Shown here: positions 18,358-28,900 of the stretch, in pieces
How positions within the stretch are numbered: the stretch's first letter is position 1
Layout: the number at the start of each line of letters is the position of its first letter
NCBI GenBank assembly: GCA_037189845.1
Contig: JBBCIS010000003.1
Location: 385,477-449,476, forward strand
Length of the DNA stretch: 64,000 nucleotides
Source: a bacterium
GTDB taxonomy: Bacteria; Bacteroidota; Bacteroidia; Chitinophagales; JADIYW01
Direction: 5' to 3'
Notes under the pieces: generated by a model
What the model was told of the DNA's origin: nothing
What the model saw: the letters and a program-made list of their open reading frames with translations, nothing else
Databases searched by the model: none
Program-made: the position numbers and the translations under genes

Positions 18358-19431
18358 ATGGACAAGTTTATTCAGAAGCTCAATTTTGATTTTGTTACTA
18401 ACCAAAGAGTACTACAACTCATTGGCCACATTGATGGCTTCAAGGGCAAATGGAATATTGCCGAAAAACAGGAAAACCGTTATTTGAAAGAATTGCGGAA
18501 AATTGCCACCATTGAAAGTATTGGTTCATCTACAAGAATTGAGGGCGCAACACTTACCAACCAGGAAGTACGGGAACTTCTGAAAGACATCAAAATTACA
18601 AAGCTAAAAAGTCGTGATGAACAAGAGGTAATGGGATATTACAATGTTCTGGAACTCATTTATGATAATTATTCCGTTATACAACTTTCAGAAAGTTACA
18701 TTAAGCAACTCCACCAGATTCTTTTGAAATACAGTAGTAAAGACGAACGGCACAGGGGAGGCTACAAACACCTTTCCAACAAAGTAGTAGCGACTTATCC
18801 GACAGGTGAACAGAGAACAATTTTTTCAACTACTGAGCCTGCATTGGTTGCCGGAGAAATGCAGGAGTTAGTTGATTGGACAAAAGCACAATTAGAACAA
18901 AAAAGTATTCATCAACTAATTGTAATTGGTAGTTTTATTTACGATTTTTTAAGCATACATCCATTTCAGGATGGGAACGGCAGATTGTCCAGACTGCTTA
19001 CTACACTTTGCCTGTTACAAAATGATTATTCCTTTATTCAATACATCTCGTTTGAAAACCATATCGAGCAAAACAAAAAATCCTATTACGAAGCTCTGAT
19101 GAATGGTCAGAAAAATCGGGGAACAGATAACGAACGCATAGATCTTTGGCTAGTTTTCTTTCTGGAAAGCCTGAAAACACTTACTGAGAAATTAGAGCAG
19201 AAATATGACATATTCAAATCTAAAGGTGGTTATCTGAATGACCGGCAAAAGTTAATAAAAAATTTTATTGCAAATCGCCAACCTGTTAAGGTAAGTGATT
19301 TAGCAAAGCAATTTCCTGATATCGGGTTGAGTACTTTGAAGAAAGATTTGCAATACCTGCGAAATGAACAAGTGCTGACAATGATTGGACAGGGAAAAGG
19401 AAGCGTCTACATTTTGAAAAAACAAGACTAA
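18358..19431 (+). CDS. Fic-family protein (class II, N-terminal inhibitory motif) with C-terminal winged-helix domain
   Basis: Fic motif HPFQDGNGRLSRLL; N-terminal SxxxEG (STRIEG) inhibitory-helix motif; C-terminal wHTH-like segment KVSDLAKQFPDIGLSTLKKDLQYLRNEQVL. Confidence 0.85.
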   Translation: MDKFIQKLNFDFVTNQRVLQLIGHIDGFKGKWNIAEKQENRYLKELRKIATIESIGSSTRIEGATLTNQEVRELLKDIKITKLKSRDEQEVMGYYNVLELIYDNYSVIQLSESYIKQLHQILLKYSSKDERHRGGYKHLSNKVVATYPTGEQRTIFSTTEPALVAGEMQELVDWTKAQLEQKSIHQLIVIGSFIYDFLSIHPFQDGNGRLSRLLTTLCLLQNDYSFIQYISFENHIEQNKKSYYEALMNGQKNRGTDNERIDLWLVFFLESLKTLTEKLEQKYDIFKSKGGYLNDRQKLIKNFIANRQPVKVSDLAKQFPDIGLSTLKKDLQYLRNEQVLTMIGQGKGSVYILKKQD

Positions 19432-19518
19432 CATGAATACTGCTCAAAACCATGAATAAATGGATAGCTAAATAGCTTAAATATTGGTTGATTTCCATCA
19501 TAATAAAAACCAGTAGGT

Positions 19519-20322
19519 TTATACCGGACTATTCTTACCTTTCCTGTTGAAAGTATAGTAGACAGCCATTCCAGTGAAAAGCAGGCCTCCCACAATATTT
19601 CCGATAGTAACAATGGATTGGTTATACCACCAGTCTGCTATGGTGACATTGGCTCCGAAAAGGATGCCCGCCGGAATGACAAACATATTGACGACTGCAT
19701 GTTCAAAACCTAAAGCGAAAAAGATGAAAATAGGAATCCCTGCCGCTACTATTTTTCCTACAGTGGACTTTGATGTCATAGACATGACGACTCCCATGCA
19801 GACCATCCAGTTGCAAAGTATGGCTTTAATAAATGCTGAGACGGCTCCTGCGCTTCCATACTGCATATAGGCAATGGTTTTTTTTTCAGCAACTTTGACA
19901 ATCATTTGTTCTATCGGATCTCCGGTCTGAATTGCTCCCATCATCGATATAGCTGCCCAGTAAAATAATGCGTACAGCAAGCTACCGATGAGATTGCCCA
20001 GAAATACCCAGAACAGGTTGGAAAGCATGAGTCTGCCGGAAATCTGTTTCTCCATATATGCGATAGGAATTATTGCAAAGCTGCCAGTCACCAGCTCCAG
20101 CCCCAGCAGAACGATAATGACGAATCCTACAGGAAAAACAATGGCTCCTATCAGAGGCGTATTTGTCTGTGTAACTGCTGCGAACGCAAGTGTGACCGAT
20201 ATAGCAAGCAATGCTCCGGAAAGCATTCCCCTGATGATGAGGTCTTTGGTGGGTAATGCTGATTTTGTAAGGGCGGCACTGAGCATTGTGCCTGCAACTT
20301 CTTTGGGTGATACGTAATCCAT
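19519..20322 (-). CDS. formate/nitrite transporter family protein (likely nitrite transporter NirC-like)
   Basis: FNT-family membrane protein, 267 aa, last gene of a co-oriented nirB-nirD cluster. Confidence 0.8.
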   Translation of the reverse strand: MDYVSPKEVAGTMLSAALTKSALPTKDLIIRGMLSGALLAISVTLAFAAVTQTNTPLIGAIVFPVGFVIIVLLGLELVTGSFAIIPIAYMEKQISGRLMLSNLFWVFLGNLIGSLLYALFYWAAISMMGAIQTGDPIEQMIVKVAEKKTIAYMQYGSAGAVSAFIKAILCNWMVCMGVVMSMTSKSTVGKIVAAGIPIFIFFALGFEHAVVNMFVIPAGILFGANVTIADWWYNQSIVTIGNIVGGLLFTGMAVYYTFNRKGKNSPV

Positions 20323-20506
20323 AGTTTTTTTGTTTAAGGTTTAAGGTTTGATGTTTAAAGTTTTGCTGTCGCCCGGTGGCTGAGCAGTTCGACTACGTGG
20401 TTGTTGAGCCCAGTCGAAACACTTACTGACCACGGAGTTGGAGCCTGATTGAGTCCACGGTCCACAGACCGCCGTATTTGTCGTCTGTCATCCGTGGTCT
20501 GTTGAG

Positions 20507-20905
20507 TTAAAACTTGTAGCCTATACCTATTCCCGGATGCCACCGGCCACTGACAGCCGATGTTTTGGGATTATAGAATACAGGTAGTTGCAAAGCAAAA
20601 TGTTTATAAGAAAGCGTGAGTCCTGCTCCCAGAGACGGCATGACAAATGAATTGGATACTTCATTGTTGTCTTTTTTGAACCGCAGGGAAGGCAAGACTC
20701 CGGCTAAAAGTGTAAATGATTTCTTCTTCCACTTGATAGCGGGCCCGGTGAAATTGAGATAAGCGCCTTTATCTACATATCCGGCTATTATATATCCCTC
20801 CCAGATCGAGAATGAGATATTTTTTTCCTTTTTACTTTCTTCTTTGGTGGATTCAGCAACGACCAGCAAGGGGAGCAACATGAATAGAGTAATGATGATT
20901 TTCAT
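20507..20905 (-). CDS. small predicted outer-membrane beta-barrel protein of unknown function
   Basis: Signal peptide, alternating amphipathic strands, C-terminal GIGYKF (terminal aromatic). Embedded between nirD and the FNT gene. Confidence 0.5.
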   Translation of the reverse strand: MKIIITLFMLLPLLVVAESTKEESKKEKNISFSIWEGYIIAGYVDKGAYLNFTGPAIKWKKKSFTLLAGVLPSLRFKKDNNEVSNSFVMPSLGAGLTLSYKHFALQLPVFYNPKTSAVSGRWHPGIGIGYKF

Positions 20906-20929
20906 ACAGTTTGGTTTTGACTACAGTAA

Positions 20930-21289
20930 TTAAAAGATTCCGATATAGACGATTCCATCATCAATCTTTACGGGATAGGTTTTGATGGCACATTCATCTC
21001 CGTTCAGGCATTCTCCTGTCTGGAGTGAAAATGTTTTTTTGTGGAATGGACAAGCTACTTTGGGTACTTCTCCGTGACTACCCAGCATTCCCCTGCTGAG
21101 TGCCATTTGCTTTTTGTGGGGACATTCATTTTGAGTAGCATACCATTCATCTCTGCGGGTAAAATAGAACAGAGCTATCTGCTGATCTTCATATTTGACA
21201 CATGCGCCTCCATTTTCGATGACATCTTCTGTCCTGCAGGCTGCAAACCATGTGCTGACAGCTGTTTTCGTTTCTTTTTCTTGTATCAT
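20930..21289 (-). CDS. nirD: nitrite reductase [NAD(P)H] small subunit (Rieske-type)
   Basis: CPHKKQMALS...VACPFHKKTF Rieske CxH...CxxH; 119 aa. Confidence 0.85.
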   Translation of the reverse strand: MIQEKETKTAVSTWFAACRTEDVIENGGACVKYEDQQIALFYFTRRDEWYATQNECPHKKQMALSRGMLGSHGEVPKVACPFHKKTFSLQTGECLNGDECAIKTYPVKIDDGIVYIGIF

Positions 21290-21478
21290 GGTTGTAGTTT
21301 AAAGTTCAATGTTTTTTTAGTCCACGGTCAACAGTCCACAGATCACCGTTTTGATGATTAGTTCACAGACCGCGGTTCATCCGCCTCGACAGATCGTTTT
21401 TGCTGTTATCGTTTGCGTTGTCTGTTTTCAGTCGTCCGTTGTCTAAAGTCTTTCATCTTTTCTCTTATGTCTTGAGCA

Positions 21479-23968
21479 TTACCCCCAATTCGCAGCTCTC
21501 TTTTGCTCTCTCATCGGGTCAAATTTTACAGAAGGATCTTTCTCTTCCGTTGCGTTGACGAAGTGGCTGAATTTTTTTCTGATTTCAGGATTTTCGACTG
21601 CTGCTTTCCATTCGCATTGATAAGCACTGATGAGTGTCGCTATTTCGGCTTCTAATTCGCCTCCGATACCTAAGCTATCGTGCACAATCACATCTTTGAG
21701 ATAACTGATGCCGCCTTCGAGCTTGTTGAGCCATGGTGCAGTCCGGGTCAGCGGATCAGCTGTTTTAATGTAAAACATCAAAAATCTATCTATGTATCTG
21801 ATGCAGGTTTCACTGTCTATATCTGCTGCCAGAAGCTGTGCATGCTGGGGTTTGCTTCCTCCGTTACCGCATACATACAGGTTCCATCCTTTTTCAGTAG
21901 CAATAATTCCGAAATCTTTACCCTGTGCTTCCGCACACTCTCTGACACATCCCGAAACAGCAGATTTGAGCTTATGGGGTGCCCGGATACCTTTGTATCT
22001 GTCTTCTATCTGAATAGCAAAAGTGACGCTGTCGTGCAATCCGAATCTGCACCATGTAGAGCCTACGCAGCTTTTGACTGCACGGAGAGATTTACCGTAT
22101 GCGTGTCCGCTTTCAAACCCGGCAGCAATAAGTTCTTCCCATATATAGGGCAGGTCATTCAGATGCGCCCCGAACATATCTACCCGCTGAGCACCGGTAA
22201 TCTTGGTGTACAGATTGTATTTTTTCGCTACTTCACCTATTACAATGAGCTTCTCAGGAGTGATCTCTCCACCGGGAATTCTGGGCACTACGGAATATGT
22301 ACCGCCTTTCTGGATATTGGCTAAAAATCTGTCGTTGGTATCCTGAGAGGCATGATGCTGTTTCGCAACGACCAGGTCATTCCATGCGCTTGCCAGTATA
22401 GAACTGACTGCCGGACGGCATACTTCACAACCATCGCCGTGCCCTACACCATTTAAAACTTCGTCATATGTCCGGAAATTCTTTATTTTAACCAGGCTGA
22501 ATAACTCCTGCCTGGAAAACTGAAAATGCTCACAGATAATATTTCTGATAACTTTGCCCTGCTTTTTCAAAGTACTGTTGACAATATCTTTGACCATAGG
22601 CACACAGCCTCCGCAACCTGTGCCAGATCTGGTACATTTCTTCACTGCATCAAAATTTTCACAGCCCTGATTTACAGCATCGGCAATTTGCCCTTTGGTG
22701 ACACCTTCACAGCTACAAATCAACGCATCGTCCGGAAGCTCAAATCCATCATCAGCACCGGAGCTGTTAGATTTCACAATCAGGTTGAGCGGATTCCCTT
22801 TGATTTCTATCTTGTTTTTGTACATCTGCAAAAGCTTGTTGTATTCTTCTGCATCCCCGACCAGGCTTCCCCCAAGCAGGAATTTACCATCATTGGAGAT
22901 ATTTATTCTCTTATATATTCCGGAGAGAGTATCATTATATAAGATGCTTTCGGCCTCATTTCCGTCGATAAAGGGATCTCCGAAACTGGCAACATCTACT
23001 CCTATCAGCTTCAGCTTGGTGCTCATATCAAAGCCACTGAACTTTTTGCTCTGAGTTCTGGCCAGCTGCTGAGCTACAATTTCAGCCATTTCATACCCGG
23101 GAGCGACCAACCCGTATATAGTATTTTCATGGAGTGCACATTCTCCGATGGCAAATATTCTCGGATCGCTGGTCTGCATAGTATCATTGACAATAATACC
23201 TCCACGGGGGCCAATATCCAGCCCGCATTTTTTCGCCAGCTCATCTCTCGGTCGTATCCCTGCTGAGATGACTGCTATATCTGCTGTCAAAGTGGTTCCA
23301 TCAGAGAAAATAAGGCTATGTATGGAATCATTTCCCAGCACCGCCATAGTATTCTTATTATTGTGAGTAGTAATACCCAGTTCCTTCAGCTTTCTTTTCA
23401 GAGTATCTGAACCTTCACTGTCTATCTGTCTAGGCATCAGCCTCTGTGAAAACTCAACGATGCTGATATCTTTTATTCCTAAATCCAAGAGTGCTTTTGC
23501 TGCTTCAAGCCCTAACAGGCCTCCGCCAATGACAGCCCCGGTTTTACAGCTGCCTGCATAGCTTTTTATCATATTGAGATCTTCAATAGTCCGGTAAACA
23601 AAAACTCCCGACTTGTCTATGCCATACATATCAGGTACAAAAGGAGCGGATCCTGTGGCCATGATAAGGTAGTCATAAGAAACTTTGCATCCTTCAAAGG
23701 AGGTAATTCTCCTGTTTGCCCTGTCTATTTGCATAACAGGATCGCCCAGATGAAGGTCGATTTGATTTTCTCTGTACCACTTCATAGGTTTCATGCACAA
23801 ATCCTTTACAGTCTTTCCGGCAAAGTATTCACTCAGGTGCACTCTGTCATAAGCTGAGATCGGCTCTTCTCCAAAGACAGTCAACGCCAAATCGGGTATC
23901 TGCAATTCTGCCAGTTTCTCACAGAGCCGCTGCCCGACCATTCCATTTCCGATAATAGTAATTTTCAT
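21479..23968 (-). CDS. nirB: nitrite reductase [NAD(P)H] large subunit
   Basis: N-terminal FAD/NAD Rossmann fold (KITIIGNGMVGQRL); BFD-like [2Fe-2S] Cys cluster; C-terminal sirohaem/4Fe-4S nitrite-sulfite reductase domain (CVGSTWCRFG); 829 aa. Confidence 0.9.
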   Translation of the reverse strand: MKITIIGNGMVGQRLCEKLAELQIPDLALTVFGEEPISAYDRVHLSEYFAGKTVKDLCMKPMKWYRENQIDLHLGDPVMQIDRANRRITSFEGCKVSYDYLIMATGSAPFVPDMYGIDKSGVFVYRTIEDLNMIKSYAGSCKTGAVIGGGLLGLEAAKALLDLGIKDISIVEFSQRLMPRQIDSEGSDTLKRKLKELGITTHNNKNTMAVLGNDSIHSLIFSDGTTLTADIAVISAGIRPRDELAKKCGLDIGPRGGIIVNDTMQTSDPRIFAIGECALHENTIYGLVAPGYEMAEIVAQQLARTQSKKFSGFDMSTKLKLIGVDVASFGDPFIDGNEAESILYNDTLSGIYKRINISNDGKFLLGGSLVGDAEEYNKLLQMYKNKIEIKGNPLNLIVKSNSSGADDGFELPDDALICSCEGVTKGQIADAVNQGCENFDAVKKCTRSGTGCGGCVPMVKDIVNSTLKKQGKVIRNIICEHFQFSRQELFSLVKIKNFRTYDEVLNGVGHGDGCEVCRPAVSSILASAWNDLVVAKQHHASQDTNDRFLANIQKGGTYSVVPRIPGGEITPEKLIVIGEVAKKYNLYTKITGAQRVDMFGAHLNDLPYIWEELIAAGFESGHAYGKSLRAVKSCVGSTWCRFGLHDSVTFAIQIEDRYKGIRAPHKLKSAVSGCVRECAEAQGKDFGIIATEKGWNLYVCGNGGSKPQHAQLLAADIDSETCIRYIDRFLMFYIKTADPLTRTAPWLNKLEGGISYLKDVIVHDSLGIGGELEAEIATLISAYQCEWKAAVENPEIRKKFSHFVNATEEKDPSVKFDPMREQKRAANWG

Positions 23969-24136
23969 TCCTGTTTGTTTTATTCCGACAACTCGGTTTA
24001 TTAAAAAATATATGTGAATTATTTTCAGAAAAACAACAAATAAATATATTGATATCCTGAAATTATAAATGAAATTATTGTAAAATCAAGATAGTTTTTC
24101 ATTTTTAAGATTAATTTAGAGTAAATTATATTACAT

Positions 24137-24973
24137 ATGAAAAATCATAAAGTAAAAAGATTGACATTGCTGGGAGCAGGTCCAGGAGACCCGGAGCTCT
24201 TTACTTTAAAGGGGGTCCGGGCATTAGAGGAGGCTGATGTGGTATTGTATGACGCATTGGTCAATGTGGAATTATTGAAATATGCAAAAAATGCTAAAGA
24301 GAAGATTTTTGTGGGAAAAAGGTTTGGATGTCATGCGCTTTCTCAAAAAGAAATCAATGAGCTGATTCAGGAAAAGGGGACGCAGTATAAAGATGTCGTC
24401 CGGCTGAAAGGGGGCGATCCTTTTGTTTTTGGCAGAGCACAGGAAGAAATTATTGCAGCCACCGAAGCCGGGATGGAAGTCCGTGTTATCCCCGGCATTT
24501 CTAGTGCGCTGGCAGTGCCTGCATCTCAAATGATATCGCTGACTTCCAGAGGAGTAAGTGACAGCTTCTGGGTGGTCACGGGTACAACCTGCTCGGGAGA
24601 GGTATCTTCTGATATTCATCTGGCGGCTCAATCAAAATCTACAATTGTCATCCTGATGGCGATGAATAAGCTGGAACAAATCATGGAACTCTTTTCTGAA
24701 TACGGAAAAGGGGATACACCTGTTGCTATTATACAGAACGGAACTACAGATACTGCTAAAATTGTAAGAGGCAGAGTAAGGGACATTTATTATCGTTCGC
24801 TTTACGCTGAAATCGGAAATCCTGCTGTCATCGTTGTAGGGGAAGTGGTAGAGCTGAATGAAAATATTGTCCGGCAACTGAAATCAGAGCGCTTTTTGAC
24901 GGCAGAAAATTTGTTCCTTGAAGACAATACAATAAATATAGACCGGGAACGGACAGGCGGGCTGAGCAGATAA
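24137..24973 (+). CDS. cobA: uroporphyrinogen-III C-methyltransferase (sirohaem synthesis)
   Basis: LLGAGPGDPELFTLKG...VVRLKGGDPFVFG SUMT signature; divergent from nirB, consistent with sirohaem supply. Confidence 0.85.
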   Translation: MKNHKVKRLTLLGAGPGDPELFTLKGVRALEEADVVLYDALVNVELLKYAKNAKEKIFVGKRFGCHALSQKEINELIQEKGTQYKDVVRLKGGDPFVFGRAQEEIIAATEAGMEVRVIPGISSALAVPASQMISLTSRGVSDSFWVVTGTTCSGEVSSDIHLAAQSKSTIVILMAMNKLEQIMELFSEYGKGDTPVAIIQNGTTDTAKIVRGRVRDIYYRSLYAEIGNPAVIVVGEVVELNENIVRQLKSERFLTAENLFLEDNTINIDRERTGGLSR

Positions 24974-25069
24974 ACACAGAAGAAAATCATTATTCATCAT
25001 ATCAATCAGTGTTACCAGCGTGCTATCTTAATTTATCCTGCTTACCAAAATGTCGTACTTTTATGACAG

Positions 25070-25762
25070 ATGAAAAAGAGCATAGTGCTGTCGGCTGAGA
25101 ATTGTTTCTTATATGAAAAATGCCAGGAGGCCTGGTGGCCGGCACTGGATGCTCATACGAAGCAAATCCGTATCAGAAAAGGGCAACAGATATTTACTGA
25201 GGGAGAGAAGGTTTCCGGAATCTATTTCATGGTAGAAGGTGTTGTCAAAGTACACAAACGGTGGAGTAATGACAAGGAGTTGATTGTGAGATTTGCTCAA
25301 AAGAAAGACATCCTCGGACACAGAGGATTGACTACACACACAGATATTTACCCGATATCGGCAACTGCATTGACAGATGCTGTTGTTTGCTTTATAGATT
25401 TACCATTTTTTTTCGCCAGCCTGAAAGTGAACGCTGCTCTGGCTCATGATATGATGATGTTTTTTGCTGACGAACTGATGCTATCTGAACAAAATCTGCA
25501 GGTACTGGCCAATCTGCATGTGAAAGGAAGGCTTGCAAGATTGCTTGTTTCACTGGAGAAAAAATTCGGAGTTGATGAAAACGGAGCAATATCTTTCCCT
25601 GTTTCCCGTCAGGATATGGCTTCCTGTATAAGTACTGTATACGAAACTGTTTATAAGCTGCTACTGGAATTTACAGATGCTGGTTGGGTGGAGACAAACG
25701 GAAAGCATCTTATTCTGAAGAACAAAGCTGCACTAAAAGAATTGTTCCAAAGTCCGGAATAG
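25070..25762 (+). CDS. Crp/Fnr-family transcriptional regulator
   Basis: cNMP-binding-like beta-roll plus C-terminal HTH (SRQDMASCISTVYETVYKLL). Only two N-terminal Cys (C12, C18), so not a classical 4-Cys FNR. Confidence 0.8.
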   Translation: MKKSIVLSAENCFLYEKCQEAWWPALDAHTKQIRIRKGQQIFTEGEKVSGIYFMVEGVVKVHKRWSNDKELIVRFAQKKDILGHRGLTTHTDIYPISATALTDAVVCFIDLPFFFASLKVNAALAHDMMMFFADELMLSEQNLQVLANLHVKGRLARLLVSLEKKFGVDENGAISFPVSRQDMASCISTVYETVYKLLLEFTDAGWVETNGKHLILKNKAALKELFQSPE

Positions 25763-25989
25763 TCCTGCATCTCCCGTCATCAAAGCAAGCTCTCTCCATA
25801 GCAAGATCCTGGCAATCGGTTTGAAATATATCATCAACAAAATGGCACATTTACTATATTTTATTGTGTATAGTCAATAAAAATTACAATTTTACATTTT
25901 TTATAACTTATACTCAATAAAAATAGTCATCAGAATAATTCTCGCAGATAATTGAAACTTCAAGCTTCACATAGCGTAGTAAATAATCA

Positions 25990-28900
25990 TCAATTATCTC
26001 CACCTCTTTTTCCAAGCAGCTTCACCAGTTTCTGCATGTGCTCATTCAGCCCGGAGAATTGCATCAGTACCTGTGCAGTCTTGTCATCATCAGCGATACC
26101 GGAAAACTGGTTGTTTTTGCGGAAGGTTTCTGTGATGTGCAAATAGCGGGCCTGCTCTTCCGGAGTGGCGATATGCATCAGATGTTTCAGCTTTAAAAGA
26201 TTGGCTTCGGCATCGGAAGTGAGTGTCTGCGCATCTGCCTCATAAGATCCGATCACCAGCTGTATCAGCTCCTGCTCATTCATTAACGGGACGACTTTCG
26301 TGACCATTTTATTCATGTTGCGGTATGAACCCTGTAATTTGAACGCAGGTTCTGTACGGTAGGTGTCTTTCATTCCTGCGCTCTGAATGTATAGTTCGTT
26401 GACCTGAAGAATAATATTTCTGATGTACAGACAGTTTTTCAGAACAGCTATGCTGTCTTCGATTTCGGCAGCTGTATGGTTGGCTTCCAACTCCGGACTG
26501 TATTCTTCTTTGCGCTCGATATACTGTATGAGCTTGTACAGATCATTGATGTTTTTGTGGGCTATCGCCTGGAGATACCTGTTTTCGCTGATGGCATTTT
26601 CTATCAGGCTGAGGTCAAAATATTGCCTGCTCTCTCCTGCCACATCTCCCAGATTATATACATCCGAACGATTGGCCAGCATGTCCGGGATTTTGAAAAG
26701 ATTACCGCTTTCTGTATATGGATTACCCGCCATGACCACGCAGAATCTTTTGCCACGAAGGTCATAAGTTTTACTTTCTGATTCAAAGATGCCGTCTATC
26801 TTGCGCTGTCCGTCTGCCAGAGAGATAAACTGCTGTAAAAATTCAGGGCTGCAATGCTGGATATCATCTACATACAGCATGACATTGTCCGCCATCTCAA
26901 AGGAGAGGTTAATTTTTTCCAACTCTGCTTTTGCTCCTGAATTGGTAGCTTCTGACGGATCGATGCTGGTGATGCGGTGACCGATAGTAGGGCCGTTGAT
27001 TTTTACAAAATGTAGTCCCATCGTTGCTGCCAGATATTCCATCAGAGTGGTTTTACCATAACCCGGAGGAGAAATCAACAACAGCATACCCATTCTTGCT
27101 GTCCGCTTGTCATTGCCGATAGTACCCAGCTGCTTGGACAAATTGGCTCCAATCATAGGGAAATAGACTTCATTGATGAGCTTATTTCTCATGAATGAGC
27201 TGAGTACTTTGGGACGCATTTCCTGAATTTTTAACCGCTGCTCATATTTTTGGATGAGTCCGCGTTTGGTTTCCCTGAATGAGTCATACAACGGAACTGT
27301 TGTCTCATCGAAATGCTGTAAACGATTCAGAAAATCATGGTACTGAATATGATATCCCTGATCTGAGATCACCGGATGAGTACCCTTTAAGTCATGAATG
27401 GTCATGGCATCTGTACCGATGTGTTCCCGGTATGCATCAAATTCAAAAACCAGCAGACAGGCTGCTTCTTCTATATATTTGAGATTATAGGAATTTTCTT
27501 TTTGTGTAGTAACGAAGGCCTCTATCCAGTCCGAAATGGTATGGTAGCGTTCATAGAGGCTATACTGCTGATTGCGCGCATCTTCTTCAAAACGCTCCAT
27601 CTGATGGAGGTCATTCAGGTGCCTGATAAAATCATTTTTGATATGGATAGCCGGAATACTGGCGGTAAAAACCGGAGTATCCTCAAATTCAGCTATCAGA
27701 TATGATGCTATTGAATGAATGGTCCGCTGATGTAATTCGGGGTGAATTTTTTGTATCTCCTGTGTCAGTGCTTTGAAGGATTTCAATTCTTCAAATGGTG
27801 TCTGAAATAATTGATGAATCTTATGGGCTGATTGTATCCATTGGGATAATTTTTCCCTGGTTGCTTCTTCCAATTGTTTCCAGTACAATTGAGCCTGCAC
27901 CCTGATTTCTACAGAAAATCTCAGCACACCGAGTTCTTCATACATTTTCAGTAATGCTTCAAATATCATCAAGGCATCTGTATTGTGTACACCTTTTACA
28001 TATCCGCCTGCGTAATCTCTTTCTATTAAATTATCAATATAGGTCAATGCAGAAAATCCGTTATCCGTTTTGGTATAAGCTATAAAGGTGAGATAAGCCA
28101 GATATTCCGCCCGGTAAACGCCCGGATTTTCTGAACGGTAATCCTGATCCCAGACACTGATATATTGCTGAAAGATTTTCTGATCAATAGGCTGGTAAAA
28201 GTTGGTTCCCATCAGGTGATACATGAGCCTGTCCTGATGTTTGACGATGGTGAGCGATAATTCCTGCTTATTGACCGCAAACTTATATGTACCAAGTGCG
28301 ATAATATTTTGTCCGTCCACAAAAAGTTCGGCCTGATCATGCAAGACCCTCACTGCATTTTCCTGCGCCAGCTTGAGACTGTTAAGCAGGTTTTCAGCTT
28401 TCCCGACATCACCGAGCTGCTGAAGCTCCTGCGCAAGATTCCGGATTTTTTCTATCATGAGATCGCCGGCAAAAAAGCTGAAGATTTCTTCTGTTGAGCT
28501 AAAGCTACGGGCTTTGGTTTCCACACTTTTCAGGACACGAAGTCCTATTTGCTCAAGATTCCCGGTCCGTTTATTGATCTGTGCGATCAACATTTCTTTT
28601 TTACCATTGAAAGCTTTGACTACCTCATCCCGCTTATCAGCTATTTTCATTATAAACTCATCAAAGTCCGCAAACTTGCTTTCCAGCTCTTCGATGTGGA
28701 CACTGATTTTGGTGAAATAGTTGTCTGTTTTTTCGACAGTATCTGAAAGGTCCAGGAAATTGACAATGCTTTGTTCGAGCAAGGTCAGCTGTGCATGAAA
28801 CTCCCCGACTGCTTCACTGGACTTCAGGGTACTTATTTTCCTGTTCAATAAAGCTCTGACTTCATTCAATGTTGAAAAAAGCAAAGAGATATTCTCAATG

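Noticed and set aside
18118-18360. 61-aa ORF and AT-rich direct repeats upstream of fic considered as a CRISPR-like or leader element
   Set aside because: The repeats are 11-bp AAAATATGAAT units without spacers, and there are no cas genes. It is treated as promoter/leader sequence.
20355-20543. 62-aa minus-strand ORF in the beta-barrel/FNT intergenic gap
   Set aside because: It lies entirely within the repeat-containing gap and is R/Q-rich with no start context. It likely reflects a GC-richer structured element rather than a gene.
24035-24100. FNR box (TTGAT-N4-ATCAA) in the nirB promoter
   Set aside because: The best candidates (TTGATATCCTGAAA; TTGTAAAATCAAG) have wrong spacing or poor right half-sites.
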